Part shown: piece by piece, positions 49,801 through 61,625 of the stretch | How the letters are laid out: each line of letters starts with the position of its first letter | Numbering within the stretch: position 1 is the stretch's first letter | Source: Aplysia californica | Lineage: Eukaryota | DNA length: 64,000 nt | Direction: 5' to 3' | Assembly (NCBI RefSeq): GCF_000002075.1 | Contig: NW_004798253.1 | Location: 57,805 to 121,804, forward strand | Notes under the pieces: model-generated | Databases searched by the model: none | Seen by the model: the letters and a program-made list of their open reading frames with translations, nothing else | Told to the model about the DNA's origin: nothing | Translations under genes and position numbers: made by a program

Positions 49801-52800
49801 TTTAAAGTACTGTGTCTCACAGATAACCGAGTGAGAGGAAAGGGGTTAATGGTTGCTCATGGGAGTACTTGTCACACTTCTATCTTTTCAAATTACTGGA
49901 GAAACAACCAACAAGATAGATTAACCCAGCATCTGTGGGTGATGTTGTGGGGAATACTATTCAGAACTGATGCATTGCTCAAGCGAAATGATATGAAAAC
50001 AAAGCAAATGGGTGGGGTTTTTGGAACGGGGTTCCCAATATTTTGTTGGGGGTTTTTTTAGGTTGCTTTTTTTTTTTTAAAGAATTGCAATGCACTGGAT
50101 TTAGATCCCATGTTGTGTTGCTACCCATCCCCTGTTCAACAGAAGTCTGGGCTTTTTTTTTCTACCTCAGATATGGCAAAAGAGGTCGGCCCAGCAAAGT
50201 GGATCAGGCGGCTCGAGAAGCAGCAATGGCAGCCGCAGCAGCAGAGGCACTGGGGATGAGCACGCCAAAATCTGGGGCTGCCTCAGTTCCTGGGCCAGTT
50301 TCTGCTTCCGCTCCTGGAACTGCGACGGCAGCTACGGTAATTTAGGGACGGGCGTTGGTAGCTTATTGTTGCAGCGATTGATGACGAAGAAAGAATTTCT
50401 AACAATGTGTCTTCCGTTCAGTTGAACTCGGTCAATGCTGTGGTTGGTTGGAGGGTGCGCCAGTTGATCCTACTTCTTTTCTTTCCCACTGACGTTTCTG
50501 TGTGTCTGTCTGTCTGTCTCTCTCTCTGTCTAAGATCAGGGTGTCCAGCAAGTCGTAAAGTCGTAAATTCACACCCTGGTGGTAAAGGTCGTAAATGGTA
50601 GAAAATGTGCCGTGACGGTAGTAAGCAGTCATTATTTAACCTGCATACAGAGTAATGAACCCCGCGAGACTTTTCAGTGAACAGAGTCATAACTGCGATA
50701 CTCAGTGATTACCAAGTCCAGAAACCTGTCCCACACAACCACCAAATCTCGCACTGTCGGATGCGTTACCATAAATTATCAGCACCTGTCACTGTGAATT
50801 GAGTTGCTATAATCCATATCCTCCCTATCCCCCTCTCTCCCAAAAGAAAAAAATCATTTCAGTGGGTCTTACAGCAGCTCTAAGCCTGCGACCACTTCGG
50901 GTGCTTTACTTTCCTACATCTTCCTCTCCCCCCCCTCCTCCAATATTATTCTGAATTGTTCCTATCGTCCATCTTTTCAAATTCTCCTCACCATTAAAAC
51001 ATTTATTGTCTGCCTCTGCTTCTTTTGCCTTCTAGTTTTCCATTGAAAGCTTGATTTTCAAAGCCTTTTTGTCCCCTTCCTTAAATCAAAGGCGACTTAA
51101 CATTACATTCACACACTGAAGCATGTCTCTCTACTTCCACAGAACGCGGGTGTACGGGTGATGCCGGCAATCCCTCGACTCAAGCTGACGCCGCTGTCCC
51201 TTGGCAAGTCTATCTCCAAAGTGGTATGTGATCATTCGTTATGTTTCCAACTGGCAGGAGGTTTGAGGCTGCCTCTTGTAGCTCTTAGTTCTTTGCTCTA
51301 CCTTTGGATTTGTTTGAGTTTTTTGTTTCTTTGTTTGGGTTTGTTTTGTTTTTTTCTGGAGGGGTGGGTTTTTTCTCGTGTCCTTTTTGCGGATACCATG
51401 TTAGTAATCTTATTCGTATCAGACAATCATTGACTATGAGAAGATGAATGAGAAAGTACAATGATATTTCAACTCTAAAATAGAACAATAAGAGAATATA
51501 AATACCAATGTTTATTTGGTAGCGTTTGATTATTTAATTCGTTAGTGCTATTTTCTAGCTTTTATCGCCTATTCTAGCTCCCTCCATTACCTCCTTTGTT
51601 TGGTTGTTTCTTTCTATCTACCTTGTGTTTTCTAAGCACTTCATGGCCATTTTTTTTCTCTATGTTTTACTTTAAAATTGTAATAAAAATAGGCACTTCA
51701 CAATAGAATAAAATTTTGACCCCTTACACGCTGACAGGTATCATGCAAACTAGCTCATTCATTGTTCAAGAATCATGTTTTCAAATACTTATGCACTGGT
51801 AACATACCAACAGGTTTGTTTGGACGAAACACATGCACAAACTGACAATCACCTCGGTATCAAATTTGCGCTGTAAAAAAAAAAATTATTGTCCTGTCTG
51901 TGTTCATCAGCTGTCAGAAGTGTCCGGGGAGGCGGGGCCTGTGACGCTGGAGGTGGAGAACAGCCTGGAGGTGGGCGTGGCCAGACTGCACCGCCTGAGA
52001 CTACTGCGAGGGGGCCGGCCCGTCTGGGAACACATGCTGACCTCGGAGGTCGCAGAGGTCGTTGGCTCAAGGTGGGTGCGGGAGAGAGAGAGGGAGAAGG
52101 ATGAGAGAGAGAGTTTGTAACAGATGAGTCTATCAATGTTTCAGCTATGCCTGTGGTTAATTTTAATTTGGAAAGGGAATTTTATAATGCAGGGATGCTG
52201 TTTTTCAGTCGTTTTTTTTTTTCCTATTATTTCTTTTATTTTCTGTGAAATCCATTTTTTTATTTTTTGCATTTGTGGTCTGTTTTAGTTGTGTATTTTT
52301 GCTTGTAAATACAGCTTTGTACATTTTCAGTTATTTTCAGAAAACCCCTGTGGCGTCGCTGGTTTTGATTTTGAAAGTTTTTCTTGCCTTGTGATTTCCC
52401 CAGGGAGGTTGTTTGTGCTGCCTGTGTCAATGGGACTGTCTCGGTATTCAGTATTGGAGGTCGGAGGTTATTGCCGGCCTTGGTCATAGGCTCCAGCCCA
52501 GCGGTGCTTGCTTGTTCAGGGCATCACGTGATGGCTGTCAGCGACAAGGGGCAACTGTTTGTATGGTCAGTACGGGTACCTCTTTTTTCTGGGAATTCCT
52601 AAAATGTCCTGAAAATGTGCAATACTGCAGAGTTTTGGCTCTTTGACTCTCTTTCTGGGTGACCAATTTTAAAATTATTTTTTTTTACCCTCATGTGCAC
52701 ATGATAAATAATATATGTGGCACAGCATGGTGGAAGCGTCCGTTTGTCAATTTCTGGGCCTATGAAGATATGGTATAAACAGCTTTTTTAATTTTTTTTT

Positions 52801-55800
52801 TTTTAATGGAAAAAATATCCATCTATCTTATAGAAGTTGAGATATTTGTGATTGAAGGAGGTGGGGGCCGCTTGGTGTCAGAGGTAAAATTAACAAGAAA
52901 AAGGCTACGAAAGTTTGGTGACTTCCTTAGCTTGAGCGACCTTGTGAACTGCAAATTTATATTTTTGGGGCCTTTGAATGTTTTTCAGTAATATCTGTGC
53001 AGAAATGTGCTTTTAAATGGACATAAAAGGTGTTGAGCTGGGAAAAAGAAGGGGAAAAAAAAATCAAAATTGCCCAGTGGGTTGGAAAATGTCAACGTCT
53101 TCGATTCTGTTATTTTGATGAGCGTTCTGATTTCACCATGATGCCACACATATGGTGTAAAGTCAGAGAAAAGACATAAAGTAAAGGATTAAAGGATTTT
53201 ATGATTTTCATAGCACTGGGAGGACTAGGCCTGATGTGCCGCTATTTTTGGGGAGATGCTCATGTCTTTTCTGTGATATTTTTCAGGAACTTCCAAACAC
53301 TGCAGGCCACAGTCAAGCAGGAGTCTTTACTGGCTGTCATGTCAGGTGAGGAGGTGGGGGTGAAGAGAGAGATAGGGAGAAAAAGAAGAGAGAGAGACAA
53401 AGATGGAGGGGAGGGGGAGAGAAAGAGGGGGAGACAGAGAGAAAGACAGAAGGGGGGGGAGAGAGAAAGAGAGAGAAAGTGTGTTGTGTGTGCTGTGCAT
53501 TTGTGAGACAGGTGTGTCCTGTAACTTTTTGTGGTAAGATTTCAAGCATGAAGTTGCATAACTGTTTCTGTGTTGGTGTACTTTTTATTAACGACTCAAA
53601 CTCCTGTGCAGAAAAAGGCAGCACGGAAGGGGGGCAGGGGGGAAAGAGAGAGATTGTATTGCTTAATTATTTACTGGGCATGTGAGATAAGTGTGTCCTG
53701 TAAATTTATGCAATAAAATATTTTTTGACATAATGTTAGATAACTTGTATATGTTGATGTGCTTCTGGTCAGACCTTATTGTGTTGCAAGTGCCATAAAA
53801 CTGTTACTGAAACTAAAACTCCCAACTCCTGTGCAGAAAAAGATAGCTTGGAGCAGGCTACCGTGACCAGCGAGGGAGTCCCTGTCATCACACTGGCCAA
53901 TAGGAAGTCATACTGCTACTCCGTGGACATTGGCTGCTGGTGAGTGTGTGTGTGTATGTGCCCGCACTTTTAAGTGTTAGAAATCGAAGTTTTCCTGAAG
54001 AAGGTGAATGCGACATGGATTTGTAATGGTGATTTTTCAGTAGTTCTCGTCTCAGTAATTTAAGCCTCATTCTGACTGATGGCACCACTTTTTTTTTTAC
54101 TCACAGGATCCTGGCCCAGGAGCCAGACGACCGTCTGCAGGCTAGCTCCGCCCACCATCAGTGCACACCGACGAGACTCCGCCCCCTGGGACCTTTATCT
54201 TCGATTCAGAAGTCTTCCAGGTAAAATGTTTGCTGTTACGATCTACAACTGATTGTTTCTCTGAGACTGAAATAATGATTATAGTGAGCATAATTGCATT
54301 TAAATAGCACATATAGCCATGCTCTACAGCTTGCTCTATGTGCTTTACAACTATTTTTACCTCAGCAGACCCATGAACACTAACAAACATTCTCGGCTTC
54401 CCAGGAAGCTTACAGTATAAGCATCAGGTTTTGCTCAAACATTAACAATCTGACAAGATCTTTTGCTGTTTATGTAGGGGTGCAGTACCTGTTCTCACTT
54501 ATGGGAAGTGAGAAAAATAAGTATAAAAAAGTGCTTTTCCCCTTGTGTTGTTGTTCCTTTCTCTTACTTATTTGATTGAGATGGACCGAAGTTGTTTTTT
54601 TATTATTGTTGTTGGCATGTCTTTCAGCCCAGTGTCTTGTAGGTGGACCACCCAAGGTCGGAGGGCACCCATTGTTTGTCCCTACTTCATTTCTTTTCTT
54701 CTGTTGTTTCTGTCTGTAATTTTTACTTTTTTACCAGTGTTTAATGGCCTTTATTTTGTTACCCTGTTTCTTCTTTCTCAAACAACAAACAAACGTAAGT
54801 GGACAAACATAGGTCATTTAAGGAAATTTTAACCAGAGGTGCCTATTATCTGGATTTCTGAAATTGTTCAGATTTTGTATTAAACTCTTGCTTATAAATT
54901 TATTTATATTTCAATTTCTTTTACCATTCCACTTTGCACATTATATGAAAATAGTGTTTTATTTAAGGTGCATCAGACAATATGTTCCATTAATTCTGAG
55001 CCCTTGAGAGCTTTGATTCCACAGGGTCTTTTCCGAAAAAATTTTCATAGCCAGTTGACACCTTTTTATGAAAAGTTTAGAAAGTTTGTGTTCTTATTTT
55101 AGATGTCTTTTTTCTTCTGCAGTTGGCTCACAAATCTTCACAATAGCTTGCTGGGGCGGTCCGTTGTTCCAATGTCCCATCTCTGTCCTATCTAGTAGAA
55201 GGCCATATATACATAAACACATTTGCATTGTTGATTTCTTGATCTAACATCATACAAGGAATTTTGCTTATAAACTAATAGGAAAACAAAGAAGAGATAT
55301 TATTAGAGTTCTTTTGTACGACAGTACAGTCCATTTTAATGTCAGCCATATTTTTACCCATTTACGACTTGCCGTCCTGCAACAGGCCCAGCGACCAAGC
55401 CTCTCGCTCCTTCCAGTCCGTGCCGGCCATGAGGCAGTCGGTGACCTTGAGCCACCTGGAGTCTCAGATGGCCACCAGCCTCGTTCTCAAGTCGGGCAGC
55501 GAGTGGAAGTTCTGGCTGGAGACCTACATTCGCTACTTGGCCCAGGAGGGTGAGTGCAGGCTGCTGGTGCTGGNNNNNNNNNNNNNNNNNNNNNNNNNNN
55601 NNNNNNNNNNNNNNNNNNNNNNNNNNNNNNNNNNNNNNNNNNNNNNNNNNNNNNNNNNNNNNNNNNNNNNNNNNNNNNNNNNNNNNNNNNNNNNNNNNNN
55701 NNNNNNNNNNNNNNNNNNNNNNNNNNNNNNNNNNNNNNNNNNNNNNNNNNNNNNNNNNNNNNNNNNNNNNNNNNNNNNNNNNNNNNNNNNNNNNNNNNNN

Positions 55801-58382
55801 NNNNNNNNNNNNNNNNNNNNNNNNNNNNNNNNNNNNNNNNNNNNNNNNNNNNNNNNNNNNNNNNNNNNNNNNNNNNNNNNNNNNNNNNNNNNNNNNNNNN
55901 NNNNNNNNNNNNNNNNNNNNNNNNNNNNNNNNNNNNNNNNNNNNNNNNNNNNNNNNNNNNNNNNNNNNNNNNNNNNNNNNNNNNNNNNNNNNNNNNNNNN
56001 NNNNNNNNNNNNNNNNNNNNNNNNNNNNNNNNNNNNNNNNNNNNNNNNNNNNNNNNNNNNNNNNNNNNNNNNNNNNNNNNNNNNNNNNNNNNNNNNNNNN
56101 NNNNNNNNNNNNNNNNNNNNNNNNNNNNNNNNNNNNNNNNNNNNNNATGGATGTTCTTCTATTTACTCAAAAAAGTAACCAGCTTTACTCTCTGTGTCTG
56201 TTTGTTATCTCCTCAGGCGTGGAGGACAAGCTGCGTGAGGTGTGTGACGACCTTCTGGGCCCAGTTTACAAGTCGCGGTCGTCCAAAAAGTGGTCTCGTT
56301 ACATCTTGGTAAGCCGGGTATTTGGTGGGTGCACTGATGCCGTCTGTTGGCTCCTACTTCTTTCCTGTGTTTCTTTCGCCCTGATTTGTTATTGGCGTCA
56401 GGTGACTCTATGTATTCACAGTTGGTTATTAACTTAATGACAACCGCCTCCCTGATGATCTAAATAATGTCGGTGGGGGCGTAAGACTTCTACAATTACA
56501 TTTTAAGAGAGAGAGAGACTGACAGACAGATGGACAGACAGAGAGAGGGGAATGTTGTCTTTCTTGCGACTTTTCAAATGTCGGAACTTGAAGGAACATA
56601 AGGCCGGTTTCAAAGAGATGAAAAACGCCTTTTCGTTATTCACTTTATCAAAGCATGTCCGGTGAAGATAATTCAGGTGAATAAATTTCATACGGTTCCG
56701 TACTTCCTTTCACAATTTTTTATAAGTGTTTTACGGCACTCACAGCCACACAAGTTCATATCGACATGCAGGACACATTTTCAGTTTGATAGGAATAACT
56801 TGTAATTTTGAATCTTGCCCGAGTAGTGGCTGAAATTTGCTCTTATCGATTTTAGGACCACTGATGGATCTCTAAGACGTGCAACCTGCACAGGACCTCC
56901 GAGATTTTTTCGTCCTTATCCGCAAAGGCTAGGTGTTCGATCTTACCTACTCTGAGATCGGGGGTGTGGCTGAAAGACAGCTGTAAGAAGGAGCCAAGGA
57001 GAAGAAGTAGAAAGACAGTAGAAAGAGTCGGGAGTCCAGATCGGAGGTGGCAAAGGGATAGGGTGGGGGCAGAAAATGGAGACGAAAGCAGACGATAAAA
57101 CATGATCAGAGAGCAGGAAAGAAGGTGAAAGGAGAAATTTTTTTCAGAGAACATTTTCCGGTTTCGAACCCGGGTTCTATAGAATGAGAGGTGAACACCT
57201 TACCTCTAGACTATGAGAACTCACATTACTTTTCCTTCAGGCAAAAGCTGATGAAGTGTTGGAACCACTTGGTAACATCTAGACTTATTCTCGAGAAAAC
57301 GCCCAGCAGGAACAAGGGGCCAATGTTGTCACGAAACTGGTCCTCAAGCTGGTTTATGTGGCAATGGGTCCAGTAAATCTGACTGTATTAGTTTGTAACA
57401 TTCCTGACTATACATTCCTCCCCCCTATTTCGCTCCAGCCTTCATTGTTGACCCACATGGGATCTCCCATTCTTTGTTTCGCTAGATCACCAACAAGTTT
57501 CTTAACTGGCAAGGTTTAACATTATGTATATAGTTGGCCTATGTGCTGTGTGCTGTGCACAGTAGCAGCAGTATTCCGCTATAACCGACTCGCGTCTTTG
57601 TCTGATTGCGCAATCTATAGCAGTATTTTATTTACAAAGAAAAAGAAGGGAAGAAACAGGGTTTTAAAATAGTGTCTTTATAACAGACTTCTCGTTATTT
57701 CTGGACTTGTTATGAGTGGACTCCACTGTATAGGAGATGCTCAAAACTTTACAGCACCAATGGATTTCTCATGCTTAAATTCTTTTAGGAAGTTCTACTG
57801 TTATGGTGCAAGATTCTCTCTAAGAAAGAAAAACCAATGCTAAGAAGAGCAGTCGGATCATCTATTGAATTCATCTAAGAAAATGCAAAAAGAGTCCCCA
57901 GAATTTCTTCCCCTTTTCTTTTGGTTCACCTTTTGTGGTCATAATGGTTTTTGCGGATGTTTGGCAGGTGTGCTGGTGCAGTTTATTTATTTGACCTTAT
58001 ATGACCAACAGTCAGGCACAGATAGCATGAACATGGAACAACTCAAAATCACGGATACCTCGCACAATTTACTATTCCTCTACTGACATTTAAAAAATGT
58101 TTGTTATAATCGGGTTACTCAAATTATTGATGTGTCGAACACATGTTGTCAATACCGGACATGTTTAAGTTATCCATGCCAGACTGTATTTGTGTTGCAA
58201 GAGCTGTAAAACTCTTATTAAAACGAGAACCTGTGTTGTTTCTTCTCTCATTCTGTCTTTGTGATGTATTTCAGGGAGTGGACAAGCACGCAGTCCTGCG
58301 CAGTGCTCTCCCTTCAATTGGTGCTGATCTTAAGTTCCAGAGACTCTACACCGAGTACAAAGACCAACTGGACATGGTCTAG
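25761..58382 (+). CDS. HIRA: Protein HIRA (histone H3.3 chaperone; WD40 repeats, B-domain, Hira C-terminal domain), 27 coding exons, ~1070 aa
   Basis: Exons: 25761-25797, 28058-28120, 28526-28636, 30049-30234, 31239-31334, 31792-31874, 32419-32496, 33555-33722, 34687-34731, 37983-38039, 38553-38623, 39722-39827, 41199-41405, 42651-42736, 43265-43496, 44693-44883, 45776-45961, 50171-50336, 51143-51223, 51911-52071, 52404-52565, 53287-53345, 53837-53939, 54107-54220, 55386-55549, 56217-56308, 58275-58382. Total 3213 nt, all phases compatible. Diagnostic peptides: MKIVKPGWVNHDGKPVFSVDFHPDG, ACVNCVRWSHNGKFLASGGDD, CGGTTHSLRLNWSPDG, B-domain KQIETRTADGRRRITP, KRGRP, C-terminal FQRLYTEYKDQLD. The low-complexity middle exons (13, 15-19) are less certain. 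Confidence 0.95.
26046..26780 (+). mobile_element. Mutator-like non-autonomous element, copy 2 (internal tandem duplication)
   Basis: Same family as 23565-24051; TSD atttgcaac (26037-26045 / 26781-26789). Confidence 0.75.
28318..28492 (+). mobile_element. Family A short retroposon, full length, just upstream of HIRA exon 3
   Basis: 12-bp TSD agcagatggtca (28306-28317 / 28493-28504). Confidence 0.85.
28662..28958. mobile_element. hAT-like MITE with internal TCCTTGAA repeats
   Basis: TIR c(g/a)gggttcctgc / gcaggaaccctg; 6-bp TSD gtggta. Confidence 0.7.
29380..29835 (+). mobile_element. CR1-group (Rex1/Babar- or L2-like) LINE 3' fragment
   Basis: TWQNHVNDIVKKVNQRLHFLRKLRSF ... ILSDLCHPLTSEFQL ... 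NSFVP. Confidence 0.75.
30346..30518 (+). mobile_element. Family A short retroposon
   Basis: Starts GTGGGT; degenerate TSD aagttaaacat / aagtcagacat. Confidence 0.75.
32222..32401 (+). mobile_element. Family A short retroposon inserted in the polypyrimidine tract of HIRA intron 6
   Basis: 11-bp TSD cctttc(a/g)ccca (32211-32221 / 32402-32412); the acceptor AG is at 32417-32418. Confidence 0.85.
32959..33530 (+). mobile_element. Family B + family A composite retroposon upstream of HIRA exon 8
   Basis: B (32959-33350) is directly followed by A (33351-33530); a single 9-bp TSD gatacaatg flanks the whole unit. Confidence 0.75.
36976..37400. mobile_element. Family A (forward, tail lost) fused to inverted 5' part of family B
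   Basis: A at 36976-37108, then the reverse complement of the B 5' region, ending ...gtcagtagcactacccgggg. Confidence 0.6.
39527..39670. repeat. (CT)n/(CTGT)n microsatellite
   Basis: Direct observation; lies ~50 nt upstream of the HIRA exon 12 acceptor. Confidence 0.9.
40066..40560 (+). mobile_element. Family C full-length tRNA-headed SINE with Nin/Deu-like central motif, nested in a family A copy (~39980-40665)
   Basis: B box gttcgaatcc, central gcacatcaaagatccc, shared tail ending gagcgccgtaaaacacttac; the family A sequence resumes after 40560. Confidence 0.75.
43903..44087 (+). mobile_element. Family A short retroposon, full length
   Basis: 13-bp TSD ctgctacaa(t/g)gaa (43890-43902 / 44088-44100). 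Confidence 0.85.
44895..45050. repeat. (GTTT)n degenerate microsatellite
   Basis: Immediately after the HIRA exon 16 donor. Confidence 0.85.
47363..48256. other. Assembly gap (others: 12584-12711, 25052-25150, 27397-27496, 42058-42211, 55574-56147)
   Basis: Runs of N. Confidence 0.99.
48257..48566 (-). mobile_element. Family C SINE, reverse, truncated by the N gap
   Basis: Reverse complement of ~40090-40410. Confidence 0.7.
48830..49410. repeat. ~27-bp degenerate minisatellite interrupted by a family A copy (49160-49318)
   Basis: Unit approximately tgtgaggttgtatgtggtgttatagtc. Confidence 0.8.
56722..57220 (-). mobile_element. Family C SINE, near full length, reverse
   Basis: Tail aagtgttttacggc at the left end, tRNA head (ggtttcgaacccggg) at the right end. 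Confidence 0.7.
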
Positions 58383-59139
58383 TCCTCTTGATTTGACCAT
58401 GGATGTCGTGGATGACAGAACAATTGTTTTGTTGGGGTTTTTACCAACGTGGACTCACTGCCAATACTGTTTGACTTACAAGATGTTCCCTGGTGAAGCA
58501 TTGTCAAGGTAGCTGTTCCCATCCGGTTGTGAAGTGCTGAGGAGGTACAAGGTACTCATAACTTCTTTGTTGGAGGTCTGAGGCCTTACCATTTGACTAG
58601 GATGCCCCCTATTGTGTGTTCATACACTACTGTGGGCTATCATGGAAAGAATCCGTGACCTATGCTGTTTGAGGCACTGGCCGTGGTCAGGAAGAGGGAA
58701 AAAATCCCTTGTCGTGGCATTTCTATTAGATTTCAGAAGCTTCATCATCTGCAGAGTTCGTTGTAATTGACAGCGATAATGGCAGTGACGGTTATCACAC
58801 TTGCTCTTTTGCCAGTTTTTGCTACTGGTTGTTATTTTCCTTATGACTGACGGCATTTTGATTTCCATTTAGCAGAGAATAGGGGACCGCGCATCCATCT
58901 ATGCTGGATTCAACGAAACCTCAGATTCGATGAAAAGAAAGAATTCCAAAAATCAAAAACACCCTCATTAAAACCACCAATGCTCGAGATTGTCATACCT
59001 TGCCATCTAGGAAGTTTTGGAATCCTCAGAATGGAATGTTGGAGCCAACTAAGTTGTTGAATGCGGGGTTCTCTGTTCGGTACAAGTTTATCATTGACAT
59101 TTCATTATTCATCATCAATTGTGTACAGATGTTCAAACA

Positions 59140-59145
59140 AATAAA
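59140..59145 (+). terminator. Candidate HIRA polyadenylation signal
   Basis: AATAAA ~760 nt after the HIRA stop, followed by T/GT-rich sequence. Confidence 0.55.
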
Positions 59146-59306
59146 TGACAATTGTTTTTGATAATTTGAGATCTGTCTTCCTTGGTTGTATTTTTAAAAA
59201 TTAACGACCAGAGCATTTCGCTACCCTAGAATTACAATGTTCTATTGCTCAGGACCTGGCTTTGAGAAATTTGACATTAAGAATTTTTTGGAGTTTCACA
59301 TGTTAA

Positions 59307-60038
59307 GGGGAGACGTACACTCCCGGAAAAAAATTATAAACGAATGACTTTTATTCACTTTCATATAACAGTGCAAGAAGTTCATAGGTAAATATGATGT
59401 ATTAAGGATGAATTTGTTGAATTTTTCTGAAAAATGCGTCTCTGTGGCGGCCATCTAGGATTTTCAAACCAGTTTTTTAGTGCAGAAGAATTTCATAATA
59501 AATATTGAATTATCAGCCTGAAATGTGGCACACAAGTACAAACCTTTGAACTGGGGACCCATTTGAGGATTTTGACCTCTCTTTAAAACTAAAAAAGTGA
59601 GCCCAAAGTCATTGGACCCCCAAGAGTCGGTTGACGAAATGTTAGGGTACATATTACAGAAAATTTGAATATTTCCACAAGTTACCAATATTTCCCAATT
59701 CCCTCACATAAATCCACAGAATCGATCTTAGAGCACCTGTACACTAAATTTGAAGTCTCTAGCTTTGGTAGTTTTTTAAAACTCCTTGCACCCAACAGGT
59801 CACATGTCAAAAAGTAGATTTTGAGAAGAACAGAAAAAACTGATTTTTAAAAGGATTTTTAGAGCAATTTGCACTTTTTCAAACGCACTTTTAGGTCATT
59901 TAGGGTGTTTTTTCAACAGTTTCTTCTTTGTGGCCCGATAGAACAGATGTCAAAGGATGTCCTTCTGCAAAAAACAAAAGTTGGATAGTTTGAAAAATTT
60001 TATCGATATTGCCTGGGATCACCGACCCGGGTCTTCCC
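59307..60038 (+). mobile_element. Kolobok-like non-autonomous DNA transposon, copy 1, nested in a palindromic MITE (~59218-60178)
   Basis: TTAA-ggggagac ... gtcttccc-TTAA; outer TIR tcgctaccctagaattacaatg / cgttgtaattctaaggtagcga. Confidence 0.75.
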
Positions 60039-60239
60039 TTAAGCTTTTCCTAATACAGTTCTTTGAATATCTTGATAACGACTCCGAATAATCTTACGAT
60101 TTTAGTAACTCAAAGCAGCCAAAAATGTCAGATAGATTTTTAAAATATCATAAAACGTTGTAATTCTAAGGTAGCGATTCGTTGATCAGCCAACTTCTGG
60201 GTCCACACATGCATGGACTGATATTACAGTGGAGTTATA

Positions 60240-60640
60240 CCCCCCGGGGCAGTGCCACTGACAGTAGTGTCTTTAGGCCTTTCCCAAAGGTGGGACACGT
60301 TCATACACAGTAAAATTGTAAATGGGCTGGATTCATCATGTCACGCTCATAACAGTGCCTGATCTACCACAGGGAACTCCTGCTTTTTCTTTCCTAATCC
60401 TTACTATTGTCATTTTTCCTCTACTTCTTTTGTATGTTTGTCACACTCTTGCGACCTGCTATTTCCGGGGTGCCTCGACAGTTGAAGCAGACTTTGTGCT
60501 GTTGAAGCTAGAGAGGTGAGCAGAGTAAGTCTGATTCCCTGTAAAGACTTCTCTGTTGACACCCACCCCTTGGCGCTCATATGACCTTATGCAGTTGCGA
60601 GCCCCGTAAAGCCCTCTACTAAAAAAAACAACAAAAAAAC
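60240..60640 (+). mobile_element. Family B short retroposon, full length
   Basis: Starts cccccggggcagtgccactgac, ends with the stem-loop tail and an A-rich run; matches 32959-33350. Confidence 0.75.
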
Positions 60641-60715
60641 ATTGGAGTTCGCAAAAACAGTACTACGGGAAATAAAATTCCTTCCCCCCCCTTCTATTTG
60701 AACAACCTTTCTTAA

Positions 60716-61462
60716 GGGGAGACGTACACTCCCGGAAAAATTTTCTAAAAGAATGACTTTTATTAAATCTCATGTAATTGTGCAAGAAGTTCATAGGTAG
60801 GCCCTAAATAGGATGTACTAGGGGTGAATTTGTTGAATTTTTCTAAAAAATGGGTCTCTGTGGCGGCCATCTTGGATTTTCAAACCACGCGTTTCTTAGT
60901 GCAGAAGAATTTCATAGTAAATATTGAATTATCAGCCTGAAGTTTGGCACACAAGTACAAACCTATATATGAACTGGGGATCTATTAAAGGGTTTTGACC
61001 TATCTTTAAAACTAAAAAAGTGAGCCCAAAGTCATTGGACCCCCTAGAGTCAGTTGACGAAATTTTGGGGTACATATTACCAAAAAATTGAATATTTCCT
61101 CAAGTTACCAATATTTCCCAAATCCCTTTCATAGATCCCCAGAATCGATCTTAAAGCACCTGTACACTAAATTTGAAGCTTCTAGCTTCTGCAGTTTTTG
61201 AAAACTCCTTGCACCCAGGAGGTCACATACGTCAAAAAGTAGATTTTGAGAAAAACAAAAAAAACGGATTTTTAAAAGGATTTTTAGAGCAATTTGCACT
61301 TTTCAAACGCCCTTTTAGGTCATTTAGGATGTTTTTTCAACAGTTTCTTCATTTTGACTCGATAGAACAGATGTCAAAGGATGTTTTTCCGCAAAAAACA
61401 AAAGTTGGATAGTTTGAAAAATTGTATCGGTATTGCCTGGGATCACCGACCCGGGTCTTCCC
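60716..61462 (+). mobile_element. Kolobok-like non-autonomous DNA transposon, copy 2
   Basis: Same termini and TTAA flanks as 59307-60038; colinear with scattered substitutions. Confidence 0.75.
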
Positions 61463-61528
61463 TTAATCAAAAACCCATATGAACTGAAGAAAATCTGCTG
61501 GTCCTGCAGATTTTGGAAATGGAAACTT

Positions 61529-61625
61529 TTTATTAACTGAGAACATACTAGAGTGCATAGAAAGGAATCGAATGGGGGAAAAAATCAAAGAACATTTTTT
61601 TTTTCTTTTTGTACACATGTTTATT
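61529..61625 (-). terminator. Candidate GCN1 polyadenylation signals
   Basis: TTTATT (AATAAA on the minus strand) at 61529-61534 and 61620-61625, ~1.6-1.7 kb past the GCN1 stop and just before the transposon block. Confidence 0.35.

Noticed and set aside
50534-50581. Possible extra HIRA exon after a pyrimidine tract
   Set aside because: It reads as a small inverted repeat (cagggtg...caccctg) with a stop in the required frame, and exons 18 and 19 already join in phase.
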